A DNA stretch of 59,774 bases, the filler included, from Bipalium vagum (lineage: Eukaryota), in the NCBI GenBank assembly GCA_037834085.1. It is 3 parts of 3 records of this genome, joined end to end, with 100 filler letters (N's around TTAATTAATTAA, not from the genome) between each part and the next. Parts side by side here need not be neighbours in the genome. Positions count along the whole stretch, not along the records: positions 17,989 to 38,490 come from JBBMKC010251880.1; positions 38,591 to 59,774 come from JBBMKC010241075.1; 1 more part is not named here. One strand, 5' to 3'. The notes beneath the pieces were generated by a model. That model saw only the letters and a program-made list of their open reading frames with translations, made no database searches and had not been told where the DNA came from. The translations under genes were made by a program, and so were the position numbers. Numbering within the stretch: position 1 is the first letter of the stretch; the number at the start of each line of letters is the position of its first letter. This document shows positions 28,401 to 41,775 of this stretch, in pieces.

Positions 28401-31400
28401 TTTCAACAGAATAATATTGTATTAATATTTTATAAATAATTCCGGACTTGTTTAATACCTAAAACAAGGTATCAAAATCGATTACATAATAAATTTAATA
28501 TTATTTCTTTTCATATTTCATAATATAGGTTCTTTAGTTGTACTATCAACAAGAATAAATTGTGCAGATATTATTTTAAATTACACATTTCACCATCATT
28601 TTATTTATAAATATGCAGATTTTAATAAAATAAAAAATATATTTTATAAACTTATTACTTTTCAGTTATTTAACGAAACGGAATAAAAATAAATTAAAAT
28701 CGATATTTTCAACTTTTTTGACAATCAGATAATAAATGATAATTAAATGAACCTAATTTTTAATAAAAGTAATATAAAATGTTTTTAAGCATTTTATTTT
28801 TTTGATCGACTTTTGGAATTAGATAATATCACACGCTATTCAAAGATGAACATATTTTTAAAGGAGAAGCTTTCAATTTAATTTTGTATAATTAATATTT
28901 AAAAAATTCTTTCATTATATATTAATTTTAATATAAATTTACAATAGCAATACATTAAAAATTTTTATCTTTAATTTTATTTAATTTATATTTCTTTAGT
29001 TATTTGTTTTATAAATTTATTTTAAAGATTACTAAGATTATAATTTTCCAATTTTTTTTCAATTAGAAAAATTGAATCAATTTCTGTATGAAGGACTGAT
29101 CCTAAAATCAAAGGGAAGTCCACTCTATAAAATTTATCACGAAAGTCTGATACTCGAATTAATTAAATAGGACTTTTGGTTTGTTTAGAAGGGTAGATAA
29201 GCAATTTTGTAAAAAGATATTTAACCAGAAATCATATTTAATTATTATTTTATTAATATATTTAATTATAATTTTTTAAATATATTTAATTATAATTTTA
29301 TTAATATATTTTAATATTTTTTTATATATAATAATTATTATTTTATTAATATAGTTAATTATTATTTTTTTATTATAATTTTTTTAATAAAAATGTTGTA
29401 TTGAAATATTGTTTCATATTTCAAAATCTTAATTTTGGGTTTCAGATTTAATTTAATATTCTTACATCAAATTTATTCAAATTGTAATTAAGGTTAAAAA
29501 TTATAATTAAAATACTAATTACCATAATTAACATTAATCGCAAAGCCATTGACATAACAAGATTATTTTTATCTAAAATTAAAATCTAAGAGACGTAAAA
29601 AGGGATAAGCACTTTCCTCAAAAGTTTTATTTGTTTAATGTTTATTTTTTTGTTTTGGTTTAATATTAATTTTTTGAAAAATAATAAATTCATGCAAAAA
29701 AAGTTTGTCAATATTTATTTTATATTCAATATTAAAAAGTAATAATCTGAAAGAGAAAAATTGATTATATTATTCAATAAACCGGCATAACTTTATATTT
29801 ATATCTGCATTGTTTAATATTTTTGTTAATAATATAATATATTTTATCTCTATTAATTATTTTGTCTGCCTAAATTAACATGTTTATGATAAAAATTCGA
29901 AGTTAAACCAATTTCATTCCATAAGCCCCATTTGGGGATGTCCATTTAGAGTGAAATTTACACTTTGTTTGAAGATTTTAAGAAATATAAACAAATTTAA
30001 ATCACTGCAGAGACATTATATTTTAATTGCGCATTGATAAACTTTTACTTTAGATTTTTTTTCTTCTAAGTTTCATCTCAAATTTGTACTATTTTCTGAT
30101 TTTCGACTTTATAACCTCAAGATAAGATTTTTTGTCTTTGGTTTATTTGTAAATTTCATGTACGGGGTTTTGAGGCATACCATTCTAACTAAATTGTAAT
30201 TATATTATTATGATAAGGTGTTGAATAAATGTTTTCTAATTTAAATATACGCCTACATTCCAAGATCCCTAAATGGGACTTGTCTCAAAATCACAGAAAA
30301 TTTTTATGAAACTTAAACATAGTCTTAATAGGTCCTATATATAATATTATACACTAAGTAAATCAAATTTCTTTGCTCTCTTGAATTGTGGAATGAGATG
30401 GGTTAATTCTCAGTTAAAATCAAAAAGTGCCATACCTATGATATTTGTTAAAAATTAATTTCTTTGTCTTTATTATCAGTTTTTTAAAATAATACAGTAT
30501 TCATATATTTACATTATTTATTTTCTTTGAATATAATCAAATAAGTAAATTTTATTATAGTATAAAAATATTAACCTTAATAAATTATAAAAAAAAATAA
30601 AATAAAATAATATACTCAAAGAAGAGGTTAAAAATAAACCAAAAAAAAATAAAAATCTCAAAAAAAAACCAAATTTAAACGTCAGGAGAATTAAGTTCGG
30701 AAATTAACATTAGTTAATGAATACATTTGTTTTATCATATCAATTAATTAAATGTAGAATTCGGTCTATTGAAACAGTACTGATTTTTATCTGAATTACT
30801 TATTTTCAGATCAGAAGTTGAAAATCTATTAGACAAATTATCAGTTTCACAACTTTGTCCATCCGAAGGTTTAGTCAAACATAAACGAACAATAAATGAA
30901 TACTAAAATAGTATTAGAATTAAATTCTTACTGATTTGTCACGATATAATAATAAAAGATTTCTGATGTCGGATTCATGGGCTGTTTATGTTATATTAGA
31001 GAAATTTAACCTTTTACAACCATTCCAAATAATTTAAAATTTATTACCAGTAAAATTCTAACAAAACCAAAGTCATCAATTCAAGTGTCAGTCAAAAATG
31101 TGAAAATTCACAATTATTTTTTTTTAATGATTTTTAGGTATTAATAAATACAGTTTAGGTTTATAACTTATATTTTGTTGAAATATTAGTTTTAATATAA
31201 ATTATTTAAAGCGTTGCTTATTGATAACCTACTAACATAATTAGTTTTTCTACTAATTATTTTATTTAAATAAATTACAATAAATGTCATTTGATTTTAA
31301 ATAAAACTGATTAATTTAAATTTTATAAATTATGTAATTTTACATGTAATATTTTTGCGTCAACTCTGCATTGCTGAGTAAAAATTCAAGCAAAGAAATA

Positions 31401-31496
31401 TATACATATATGTATATTGTTTAGTTAATTATACTATTAAATTTATATAAAAGATGTTTTATTTTTTAAAATTATTTTTGGTAACAAATACGCTTA

Positions 31497-32126
31497 CAGG
31501 GTTATGCAGAAATATAGAGAAAATTATTCAAAATATATAGAAAAATATTCAGAAATATATAGTGGAGATGTACACTAAATAAATTCTTGTCTCGCCAAGG
31601 TTTTTCTATAAACCGCCTCATGTTGCGAAAATAATCACTTAAATCGATATCGTCATGCATGGGTACTTGGGTAATCAATTCTTATAAATCATCCCGATCT
31701 ATAATGATTCTTATAAAGAATGATATTTGCGACTTGTAGTTGAGGCAAGTATGGTGGCAGAAATCTGTAAGCAATACCTCGTTCTGTTAGCAACTTAATA
31801 ATATCTTTGCGGTGATGGAACCTGCAATTGTCCATCACCAAAACATCCCCAGGATTTCGATCCAAATGATTGCACAGCTTGTCACTAATAAAGTCCATAA
31901 AACTGTCCCCATCGAAAGATCCGTCTTTGATTTCGAAGCATAAAATGCCTGTAAATTAGATGTAATAAATAAACAGATGACAAAACAATGAAACATGTCA
32001 TTTTAATAGCAACCATGTAGCTGATATTTTTGGCTGACTAAAATGCAATCAAATTCAAAAAGAAACAATCGAATATTTTTTCTTTATATTTCTTAATAAT
32101 TTTTTATATATTTCTGCATAAGCCTG
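31497..32126 (-). mobile_element. Internally deleted IS630/Tc1-like element with TIRs, TA target duplication and a probable intron
   Basis: TIR of about 55 bp (CAGG(G/C)TTATGCAGAAATATA...) at both ends, each flanked by TA. Transposase remnant reads KNISYMVAIK | ILCFEIKDGSFDGDSFMDFI...VLVMDNCRFHHRKDI...FLPPYLPQL...DYFRNMRRFIEK. Confidence 0.9.
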
Positions 32127-33019
32127 TAAAAGTCATTGAAACAAAAATTTTTGTTTATTTCGCTTTTGAATTAAAATTATATTTTGGTATAAAATAATCA
32201 ATCTTTGGATGAAAGCAATTGTCAGAAATATTGCTCAGAGGTAACAAAAGGTTTCCTGTCACACTGATATTATGCTACCATAAATATGCATCTAAGACGA
32301 ATTTTGATTTTAATGTTTATATTTTGAATTAAAAAAATTCTTTTCCTTAAATATTTTTCAAGATTTATTTCCAGTTCTGTTGTCAAAATGTGTAATAATA
32401 TTTTTTTTGAAGACAATGTGAAATAAATTAATTTCTATAAAGATTTTATGAAAATGAAACATATATATATTGTTTTAAAATGTTTAGTTGAAATATATTT
32501 AATTTTATTTTTATAAATATAAACAAAATAAATAAAAATATTTTGATTTTAATATATTAAACGATTTTTCTTAAATTAATTAAACATAAATCTATATAAT
32601 TAATTTTTAATAGATTATTAGTTTATATATATTTATATTAATTTATAATTACCACCACAAATAAACTTAACAAAAAAAATATTACAAGTTTTTATAAGAG
32701 TTAGTTCTTCTTTACTACACATTGAAAAGACGTCAGAGTTATAAAAAGTATCTATTCAAACAAAACATGATTACGTAACACGTAAGAAAAGGTTATAAGT
32801 TTTTTTTATTAGTTCAAAGAGCGAGTTTAACAAGGATTTTTCATTATTAGATGTCTACCTCTGAAAATTCTGTTTTTTAACTTTGTATTATTATTGTAAA
32901 TTACAAAATTAATTGTCGAGATACCTTAATATTAATGATTTTATTTAGTGAAAATTTAGATTTTTAATATTAATTTGCATCAAAATATCTTCTTTGCTTA
33001 TCTGAATTAAATTGATTTT

Positions 33020-33480
33020 TAGATGAAAACGGAAAATTACAAATTAATATCCATTTTTAAAAATGAGTTCCGCTGTGGATAAAATACAAGAAAGTAGAAT
33101 AAACACAAACAAAACGTTTGGTGGCGAAATGACCAACGAACATACAGTTCTATAATGGTTTAGTCGTTTCCGTTTTGGAAATTTGACATTAGTATTCACA
33201 TACGAGGCCGACCTGAGACAAAAGTTAATATTGATGAATTGAAGACATTGGTTGAAATGAATCCATCCAAATGGTCGTCAGAATTTATAACAGCATTTGA
33301 TATCGAATTTTGGATCATTATATTCAAAGAAAACAATTTGGAATAAAAGAGGTGTTGAGCAGGTATTTTGCAATTTCATTAGGAACCGATACGAAGATTT
33401 CTGTAGAAGAAGTATAAGCTTCCTTTAAAATGGAAAAAGTGAATTGACAATATGGGTGAATATTTTGACCAACAGGATTT
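33020..33480 (+). mobile_element. Internally deleted mariner
   Basis: HTH region FGGEMTNEHTVL*WFSRFRFG...RGRPETKVNIDELKTLVEMNP joined directly to C-terminal LPLKWKK*IDNMGEYFD. Confidence 0.75.
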
Positions 33481-34195
33481 TGTATGTTTTTTTGAAAAAC
33501 CAATGTAAATGTTTTGTCTTAAGTATATTTTAAATAATATATCTCAATAATTATTTCATTTAACAAAATAATCTATACAATATAATAATAATTTATATTA
33601 TTGAATTTTATTAATTATAAAAAAATATATTAATCAATATGTCTGGTATATTTATGAAATAACAAAAAAATAAAAAATATATTTAAATTTTATTTAAATA
33701 ATTAACATTATGTTACTTATTTATAATTCAGATATAAAAAAAATAATATTTTATGTAAAACTTTTTCTAAATTAAGCGTATCCTCACTGTACAATATTAT
33801 ATAAATTTTAAAAAAATTTGATTTAAAAGATAAAAATTATTTTGAATACTGAAAAGGTATGATTTTTTACAAACTTATTATTAAAAGAATCAGGGAGGTA
33901 ATTTGATTATTGTAAAGAAATAAAGTATGGAGGATGCAGATAAGATGCTCAATGATAAGTAAAGGATTAAAAAAAGAAATATAAACAAACACTTATAAAT
34001 ATTGAAAATATCATTATTATTATCTGGTTTTATTGTTCTTAATTAAATTATAAGCCGAGGAAAACCTATGAAGATAAATTCTTTTTTGGTTGGTTCAATA
34101 ATAAAATTGAAGAAATGCAAAAGGAATAATACAAAAATCTATTGAAATTGCTTCATATCACACTATAATATTACATAGGAGATAAAATCATTGAT

Positions 34196-37100
34196 CTAAG
34201 ACGTCTTCTTTTGTGGACTATCAACACATTCAACGTCTCTTCCAACGAAGAATTGGTCAAGCTGTTTCACTTCTTCTATACATATCTCTATATCTGCCAA
34301 CATTTTGTCTCTGTTGCTTGAAGTAATGCAGTCAAGATACATAATGGGTTTCTTGGATTCTGGTTTGATGATTTCTATACTAAATGGATAATCTATGACC
34401 AATATAAATTTCTTAATAGACGAATTTAAATGATTTACGTTCCGTATGAAACTGATTTATGGTGACACCCAACAATGGTATAACGTGCCGAACGTAGAAC
34501 TCTGAATTGGAATGAATGGGTTTTGTGACAAGGAGCAAATCATTGAACAGAAATATTTCTCGACTATGCGTATGGGACTTTGGCTTTTTATTGATATTAG
34601 GAACCTGGTAATTTTTTAAATAAAATAAATAATTAAAATATTCTGAATAATAAATAAAATATTGATTTCTAAAAAAAGTATTTGAACTTAGATAATTGTG
34701 AACATAAAATCCCTCTGACAAGTTAATTATATATATATATATATACACAGAATCATGATCATGGTCGAATGAATTGTTAAAATTATTTGTTTTATTATTT
34801 ATTGTTTATTTATTATTTTTAAATATAATAAATTGAATTAATGGTCGAATTTCATTATAAATTTAGAAAATAGTCACAATTTATTATTAATAATTAGCAT
34901 AATGATAATTTTTAATACTCTATTTTTAATAAACAAAAATTATTTCAACAATTTTTTTTTAATATAATGATAATTATAATATTATTAATAATAAAGTAAA
35001 GACAAACAATGAAATTAAAAATAATTTATTCTTTAAGAAATTTAATTACTTTACAATTTTTATTAAAAAAGGCTTATATTATGAAATAAAAGTATTAAAG
35101 AAAATCATATATTTAATTTCAAATAATTTTCCTTAAATTTATATTACTCATAATTTCTAAGATAATATTTATTAAAATTAGTGACAGTAAACCGAACAGT
35201 TAATAGACCTAGAATTTATATTAAAATATTGAATAATACTAATAAAACATTAATAATTCTATTTTCTTTAAATACACCTAGTGCTAAATATAAAAATCCA
35301 TTAATCATTATTTAGATTATATTTTATTTTAAGAAAATATTTAATTAATATTTTCAACGAATGATTTTTTATTTATTAAATTTTAAATTAACAATAATAT
35401 GGTTATGTTATTCAAATTCAACAAAACTAATCTTTATTTTAAAAATCTTTTTATAATTATTTTGAGTAATTAAACGCTTTTGATTGGTTGTTGATAGGTG
35501 GGTAGTTAAAACTGCTCATAATTAGATTCAACTAAGAAACAGTACTGCATCATCAGTATTTCGCAAAATTTTGGATTTAAATGTAAAATTATGAATTTAC
35601 GAATGTAACTGCTGAAAGATTTTACTTTTTCATGATGAGAAATACTCATAACACATTATCATTATTTTAAAAAATACCTTTTGTTTTCAAATAACTCTTT
35701 AGGTGAGTGAAATATATACTAAAAACTCATACAATTCTCCTGAGAATTTATTTTTTGGTCCAGAAATGTTTGAAAAAATAAAAGGATTGGGAATTTTCTG
35801 AATTTTATACTAGTCCAATAGAACGATTTCAGAAACAAATGGTATGAGTGAGAAATTTACTTTAACAATCGTGAAAAAATAACACATCACTGAAAACAAA
35901 TTCATTCATGTTTTAATTTATACAATCTTTGACTTAAAATTTTTTGAATGCTAAATATGTTTGATTATTGATTTAAGGTTCAAAATTGATGAAAATGTAA
36001 TGTTATTGGACAACATAACTGAAAATTTTTTGATTATTTAAATCCAAAAAAACTAAAATAGTTTCTGTAAACCTTACAAATAATCATTTACAGACTGTAT
36101 CGAAAAGTATGGAAACAATAAAATTAAAACTAAAACGAAACAGCCAAAAATATATTCTTTAAATATTGATATAAGGTTAGTTCAGCACTGAAACATAACA
36201 AAACCAATATATATTACGTAACTATTTTGATTCGTTTTCTATTTTTCTCACCTTTCGTCGAAGGGTACCCATTAACTTCTGGAAAACTGTATTATCGATC
36301 TGCTGAATGATTTAATCCAGTCTTTTTTTATCTTATCGATGGTAGTTTTATGATAGTTTTACCAGGTTCGAAGAATGAATAATTCTTTTCACCAAACCAA
36401 TATTCAGTCACCATACTCTTGCTAGAGTAAATGTTTGTTTTCACGTGTCCTTGAGCTTTCGGATTCGCCAAATCTTTGTCTTTCTGGTTTGGAACTATGT
36501 CAAGTAATAATGCATTTCATAAATGAACAAGGGTGATGCCTTTTACGAAAATAGAACATCACGGCTTGTAGTCTATTTTTATGAATTTTATGACTTCATA
36601 GTGTATCCATTTCTACATGTTCAATAAAAAAGTGAGTACTCTATGAATCATGAATCTATTTCACAAGCAGTATTTTCTTGGAAGAAATCTTTGGTAATTT
36701 TCCAAAATCATCCGTTCCGTTCACATCAGATATCGGGTTTAAATATCTTATTGATTTCTTTGACTGTTATCGTTGCCTTAAGGGTTTGTTTGACATAAGA
36801 ACCAAAATTTATCTTTGTGATAACATATCACTAAGAAAATAAAGTAAGATTGACTTATTAAATGCTATTATAAACATATTAATAATTATCTACAAATATT
36901 TAAAATATATGCTTAATATAATCAAAACCTCAAGGTGTTTACAAAATAAAATATCAATAATAAAATTGTGATTATATTAACCATTGCTGACTGTCATATT
37001 TATACATAATAACCTCAACGCAGGTCACTAACTCGTTGCATACCAGTACTTGGTAATGAAGTGAAACGTTTATTACTGATCATAGCCATTATAACATAAA

Positions 37101-37458
37101 CTACGGAACTTGTTTAGAAAATGAAATTGATGTTTTCATTATACATTTCTATTAAAAAATACTGTGTATTGTTTACTGATGGTCAGTGGCATAAGTTGAA
37201 GAGGTTCATATCGACCTTTATATCTTTGCATGATAAAATGATAATGATAATAGTATTGTAATTTCAAGCTTACCTCGTTACAGAAATATTTACAAATGTG
37301 TTTTCTGTGATTTTGAATCAGATCTTTCGGAAGGAGTGGCCCAGTTAAATGAGAATATATATTTCTTACAAGATCGGTGTGATCGGAAAGAGATTTCATT
37401 TGTTTCTTTTTTATATTGTCGTATAATTCACTGAGATAGTTTTCATTTACAAAATCCT
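34196..37458 (-). CDS. IQSEC: IQSEC/BRAG-family Arf guanine nucleotide exchange factor, last three exons (Sec7 end + PH domain)
   Basis: Exon 37458-37274 gives YLSELYDNIKKKQMKSLSDHTDLV...HRKHICKYFCNE. Exon 34604-34439 gives VPNINKKPKSHTHSREIFLFNDLLLVTK. Exon 34392-34196 gives YPFSIEI...NRDKMLADIEICIEEVKQLD...KKTS*. These align with IQSEC motifs DHVSQV / HRRLVC / VPDPNK...HQREIFLFNDLLVVTK / DLRESIAEV. Confidence 0.88.
36240..36800 (-). mobile_element. Possible Penelope-like retroelement remnant in IQSEC intron
   Basis: IGLVKRIIHSS followed by EVNGYPS resembles the post-RT GLxxR...NGYP region; many stops. Confidence 0.3.
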
Positions 37459-37517
37459 CTAAAACACAATTAATGGTATTAATACATTTTATTTTTAATT
37501 TATTCTATTACTAGTAC

Positions 37518-37716
37518 NNNNNNNNNNNNNNNNNNNNNNNNNNNNNNNNNNNNNNNNNNNNNNNNNNNNNNNNNNNNNNNNNNNNNNNNNNNNNNNNNNN
37601 NNNNNNNNNNNNNNNNNNNNNNNNNNNNNNNNNNNNNNNNNNNNNNNNNNNNNNNNNNNNNNNNNNNNNNNNNNNNNNNNNNNNNNNNNNNNNNNNNNNN
37701 NNNNNNNNNNNNNNNN
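37518..37716. other. Assembly gap (199 N)
   Basis: Plain N run with no linker. Confidence 0.97.
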
Positions 37717-38452
37717 ATTTAAACAAAAAATATTTTAATAATAAAGTTACAATGAAGTCTTCATAAAAAATAAAAAATTGTATTGATTATATATTATGAT
37801 CTAGCCATAACAAGGTTAACTAAACTTACTGTTTGAATACTTTGTATAAATAAGAAATTTGTCTTTTAAAGGGTAGGTTTTCGCTAATTCTTTTCCATTC
37901 ATAAACATTACATAAACTCGTATCATATTTAATTGTGAAGGGACTTCAAACAGAAATAGATAAGCATTTAGTTTAGCCTAAGTTTTATCTTTTATCTAAT
38001 CTCTTTTCTCGGCTTCTAAATATAACAAAACCTTTAAGTTGTTTGCTACTTATTGCGTTCGTTAGTATTTAATATGTTTTGTTTATAAAATCACTTGTCA
38101 TTGGCATCTGTAAATCATTGCAGAACATTTTCTATTTAGCACCACTTTTTAATTTTATTTTCACCTGATCATTGTACACTTCAATAAATACCCTTTAATG
38201 AAAGAGGATTAAGAGAAATGAGAATGTTGTGTTGTCATGAAAATTAAATTAATCACGAATTTTAAAAAATTATATTATTTCTGTAAAGTTACATTTTTAT
38301 TGACTTTTGACCTATGACCTATAAATGCTTAGAATATAGAAATTTATTATTATTTAAGTTTTAATTAAAATCAAAATAAAAATATCAAATATAAAAAGTT
38401 AAAATAGATTTAATTCATTTTGATTTTCGAAGTGTTACACTGCTGTGATCAA

Positions 38453-38490
38453 AAATAATATAATATAATATAATATAATATAATATAATA
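38453..38490. repeat. (AAT)n-type microsatellite at contig end
   Basis: AATAATATAAT repeats directly before the gap. Confidence 0.8.
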
Positions 38491-38590
38491 NNNNNNNNNN
38501 NNNNNNNNNNNNNNNNNNNNNNNNNNNNNNNNNNTTAATTAATTAANNNNNNNNNNNNNNNNNNNNNNNNNNNNNNNNNNNNNNNNNNNN
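38491..38590. other. Assembly gap with artificial six-frame-stop linker
   Basis: 44 N + TTAATTAATTAA (38535-38546) + 44 N. Confidence 0.95.
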
Positions 38591-39939
38591 ATCTACATCT
38601 ACGGTTAATATATATTTCATTATATGGAGGAGGGGGTCGTTTAAAATTTCCTAAGCTTGAAGGGGGTTTAAGAAGTTTAAGAAGCCTTGCTCTATTCAAT
38701 GTTACTCAATTTTCAAATAGGAAATTAACTTATGGGCCACTATTTACATTTGACCTAAATTTAAAATTAAATTATTAGTCCTAAAAATATTTTTTAAACA
38801 TGTATTACAAAATCATGGGAATATATAAATTCCGCCAACGCCACTCTGGATTGATTTAGATCCTAGGATCCTGGTTTTTAAAAGGATATGTTAAAAAATG
38901 GCAAAACCGGATGCTGAAATATCTTGATATAATAAAATATTATTTATTGTTGTTTTGTTTAATATATTAAATTTTTCCTATTATTTTTTGACTTAACCTC
39001 GTTTCATATTTAATAATTATTTTTTAGGCTAATTTCAATAAACAGATTGCAGAAGGAGTTTACATTGAATTTGTTACATTGGTATTTTATGAATTATTAT
39101 TAATAATTCCATTAATAAAAAAATCATTTATTGGAGTATTTGTAAATTTTGTCATTATCGGATTCTCTTTAATCACAGATCAAATGTATACTTTAAGATC
39201 TGGAACCTCGAAAGCACTGAGACTTATAACGTATATATGTTGCGAGATTGTTTCAGATATCATCACCACCCTTGTTATCCCGACTTTTAAATTCACCCAA
39301 CTAACATTTTATTTTTCTAACGAAGAGTTGGCTGGAGAAATGTAATGCCATTATAATGTTTCTTCTCAGATTTTACTGTTTGTAAATATATTGTTTCTTA
39401 TTGACTTTTAAAAAAATTGACAAGTTAATTGTGAAAATTACCGATATTTCTTAAAAGTTCAGAGCTCATTAAAACATTGAACATTATAAATTTTATTTAT
39501 TTATTGATTTTATTATATTGGTATTTATCTATACTTTGTTTTTCCTTTATTAATGATTATATTGAAATTACGTATTCATTAATTTACAAAGAATTAATTA
39601 GAATTTAATAAGTAACTTAATACCAGGAATGAAAGTTTTAAATGAAGGTTTAAAAATATTTAGAAATTATATTTAACGAAATAAAAAAATAATAAGGAAT
39701 CAATGAAATATACTGAAATATATTGAAAACATTGAAAATTGCTAATATTTTGTATCTGACCTCAAATTTTATATTGGTTTGTTCGTAATGCGGACTGATA
39801 AAAAATAAATTAAATAGATTTATTAGATATTCAGTAGAAAACACAAAGTCAATTAAAACAAGTAAAATAAATGTTACTAAAGACCTGATTAAGTTCTTAT
39901 CCAAATTTGTTCACTATGACTTCGAATCAATTGCCTTCA

Positions 39940-41310
39940 GTTGTAATTCTCCATGTAAGTTCAAGTCTCAAATAACTTCAATTCAATTCTCACTTTCAAT
40001 TTTCAATTTTACTTAATTTTGGCTTACTCGATTTAATTCTCACTTATTTATCAGTTAATTTTCTTCTGACTGGATGCTTTGTTACTCCATTAAATAGGAA
40101 TTTTCAGAGTTTCTCCACCAGAAAATGAACGCTGCAAAGAGCCACTGTGATTTGGGGTGTCCTCTCTCTTCTCTCATATCATATTGATCAATTCTGATAC
40201 CGAGAATTTCAAACAACAGCTCAACTCGAACTTCTTCAACTGAGGTAAATAATTAATCCTCCTCCTTTCATATCTCTTTAATCAAACCTTGCCATCTCAA
40301 CTTTTATCCTTTAGTAATGAAGCTGCCGAACCTTAGAAGGATTTCAGTTCAAACGCATTCAACTGAGTAGGAAAACACAAGCGCCAGGAGTTTCAATTAT
40401 TTAGATCATCCAGAACGTAGTCGACTGTGCTGTATAATTCATTATTTTATAGTGCAAAATAAATTTTTATCTTTATATGCAAAATGGGTAATTATAAGTT
40501 TTTAAAATTTTATATTGCTTAAATGATTAGTAATATTATATATGATTATTATAGTTATTTTTTATCATTTAGTATTATTACACAAAATAAAATATTTTCA
40601 AACGAAATTGGTCATTTTAAATGAAATTCTAACACAAAAATGCATTAGTGGTAATAAAATATTAATTGAATGACCGAGGCTTAAAAAATAATTGAAAATG
40701 CAATCTAAATTTATTTAAATAATGGCCAATTCAAATGGTTTCGGCTAAACTTCGATATCACTGCAGGTCTATTGTCAAGGTTAATTTAATATTTATGAAT
40801 TTAATATTTCCTATATTATACCATTTTTTTGGAATTCAGACTTACAGAGTGAATTTTTTAATTATTGAGGCATTTTTTGACCTTAAAAGCGGCCACTTTT
40901 TGGTAAATTTAAACAATATACTATGTACTTACAAGGTAAATCTAAAAATTAATTTTATTTTCAAAATTAAATTTGACATTTAAAATAAAAACAACATGAT
41001 GTAGCTTTTTCGAATGAGATCCACGGTTTTTGTCTCCATAGCGACAGAAAAGAATGAGAATGATGATTGAAACATTAAAATATAAATAACTTATTAAATA
41101 AATTCATTTCAGATTATGAATATGAACTTTTTAAAGGTAAATAATAACTTGATTACTTTGATTGAATCCCTTATCTAATGAATCAAGATAAAAATCCTAA
41201 TAATAAAAACCGAGCACCATAATCCACAAAAGTCAACATTATTATTTATATTGATACGTGGAATGGCGCAAATATATCACAGACTGCAAATTTTTCCGGG
41301 AAGAAAATTT
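39940..41310 (-). repeat. Unclassified dispersed repeat, copy 2 (inverted relative to 14420-15500)
   Basis: Blocks such as CAAAATGGGTAATTATAAGTTTTTAAAATTTTATATT, TTTTCAGAGTTTCT and AAAAATCCTAATAATA are reverse complements of copy 1, in the same order. Confidence 0.75.
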
Positions 41311-41775
41311 CGAAAAAAAATTACAGTAAATTAAGACATAAGAAAATATATGATACCATCAATTACTTCAATAAAACATCAATTCTACCTCATTTTATTT
41401 TATGAATAAATAAACTCAACAAAAATTTTAACTTATAAAAATTATTTTAGTTCAACAAATCAAATAAGAATTATTTATATTTATTATCTATTTTAATTAT
41501 ATTTGATTAAATTGCTTTATTTAAATTTTTGCAAAAATACCTTGATAGATTTTCATTTAATTGTAGGATATTTATTAATTTATTTTAAAATAATAATTAA
41601 TTTATTTTAATCAACGGTGCTAAAACCAAAGTTAAATTTCAAAAGTTTTTGGAAGAATTTATATATATGTATTATATATTGTATTTTATATTTATTTTAT
41701 ATTACAAAAATTATTAATTAACATATCTAATTAATCTTAATAAAAAAGTTTCAACAAAATTTTGTCTTAAATATA

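Noticed and set aside
37511-37726. 71-aa ORF in the ORF track
   Set aside because: It is a translation of an N gap.
37830-37945. Open minus frame ending in GTAAGT, a candidate IQSEC Sec7 exon
   Set aside because: The translation shows no Sec7 motif and there is no clear acceptor.
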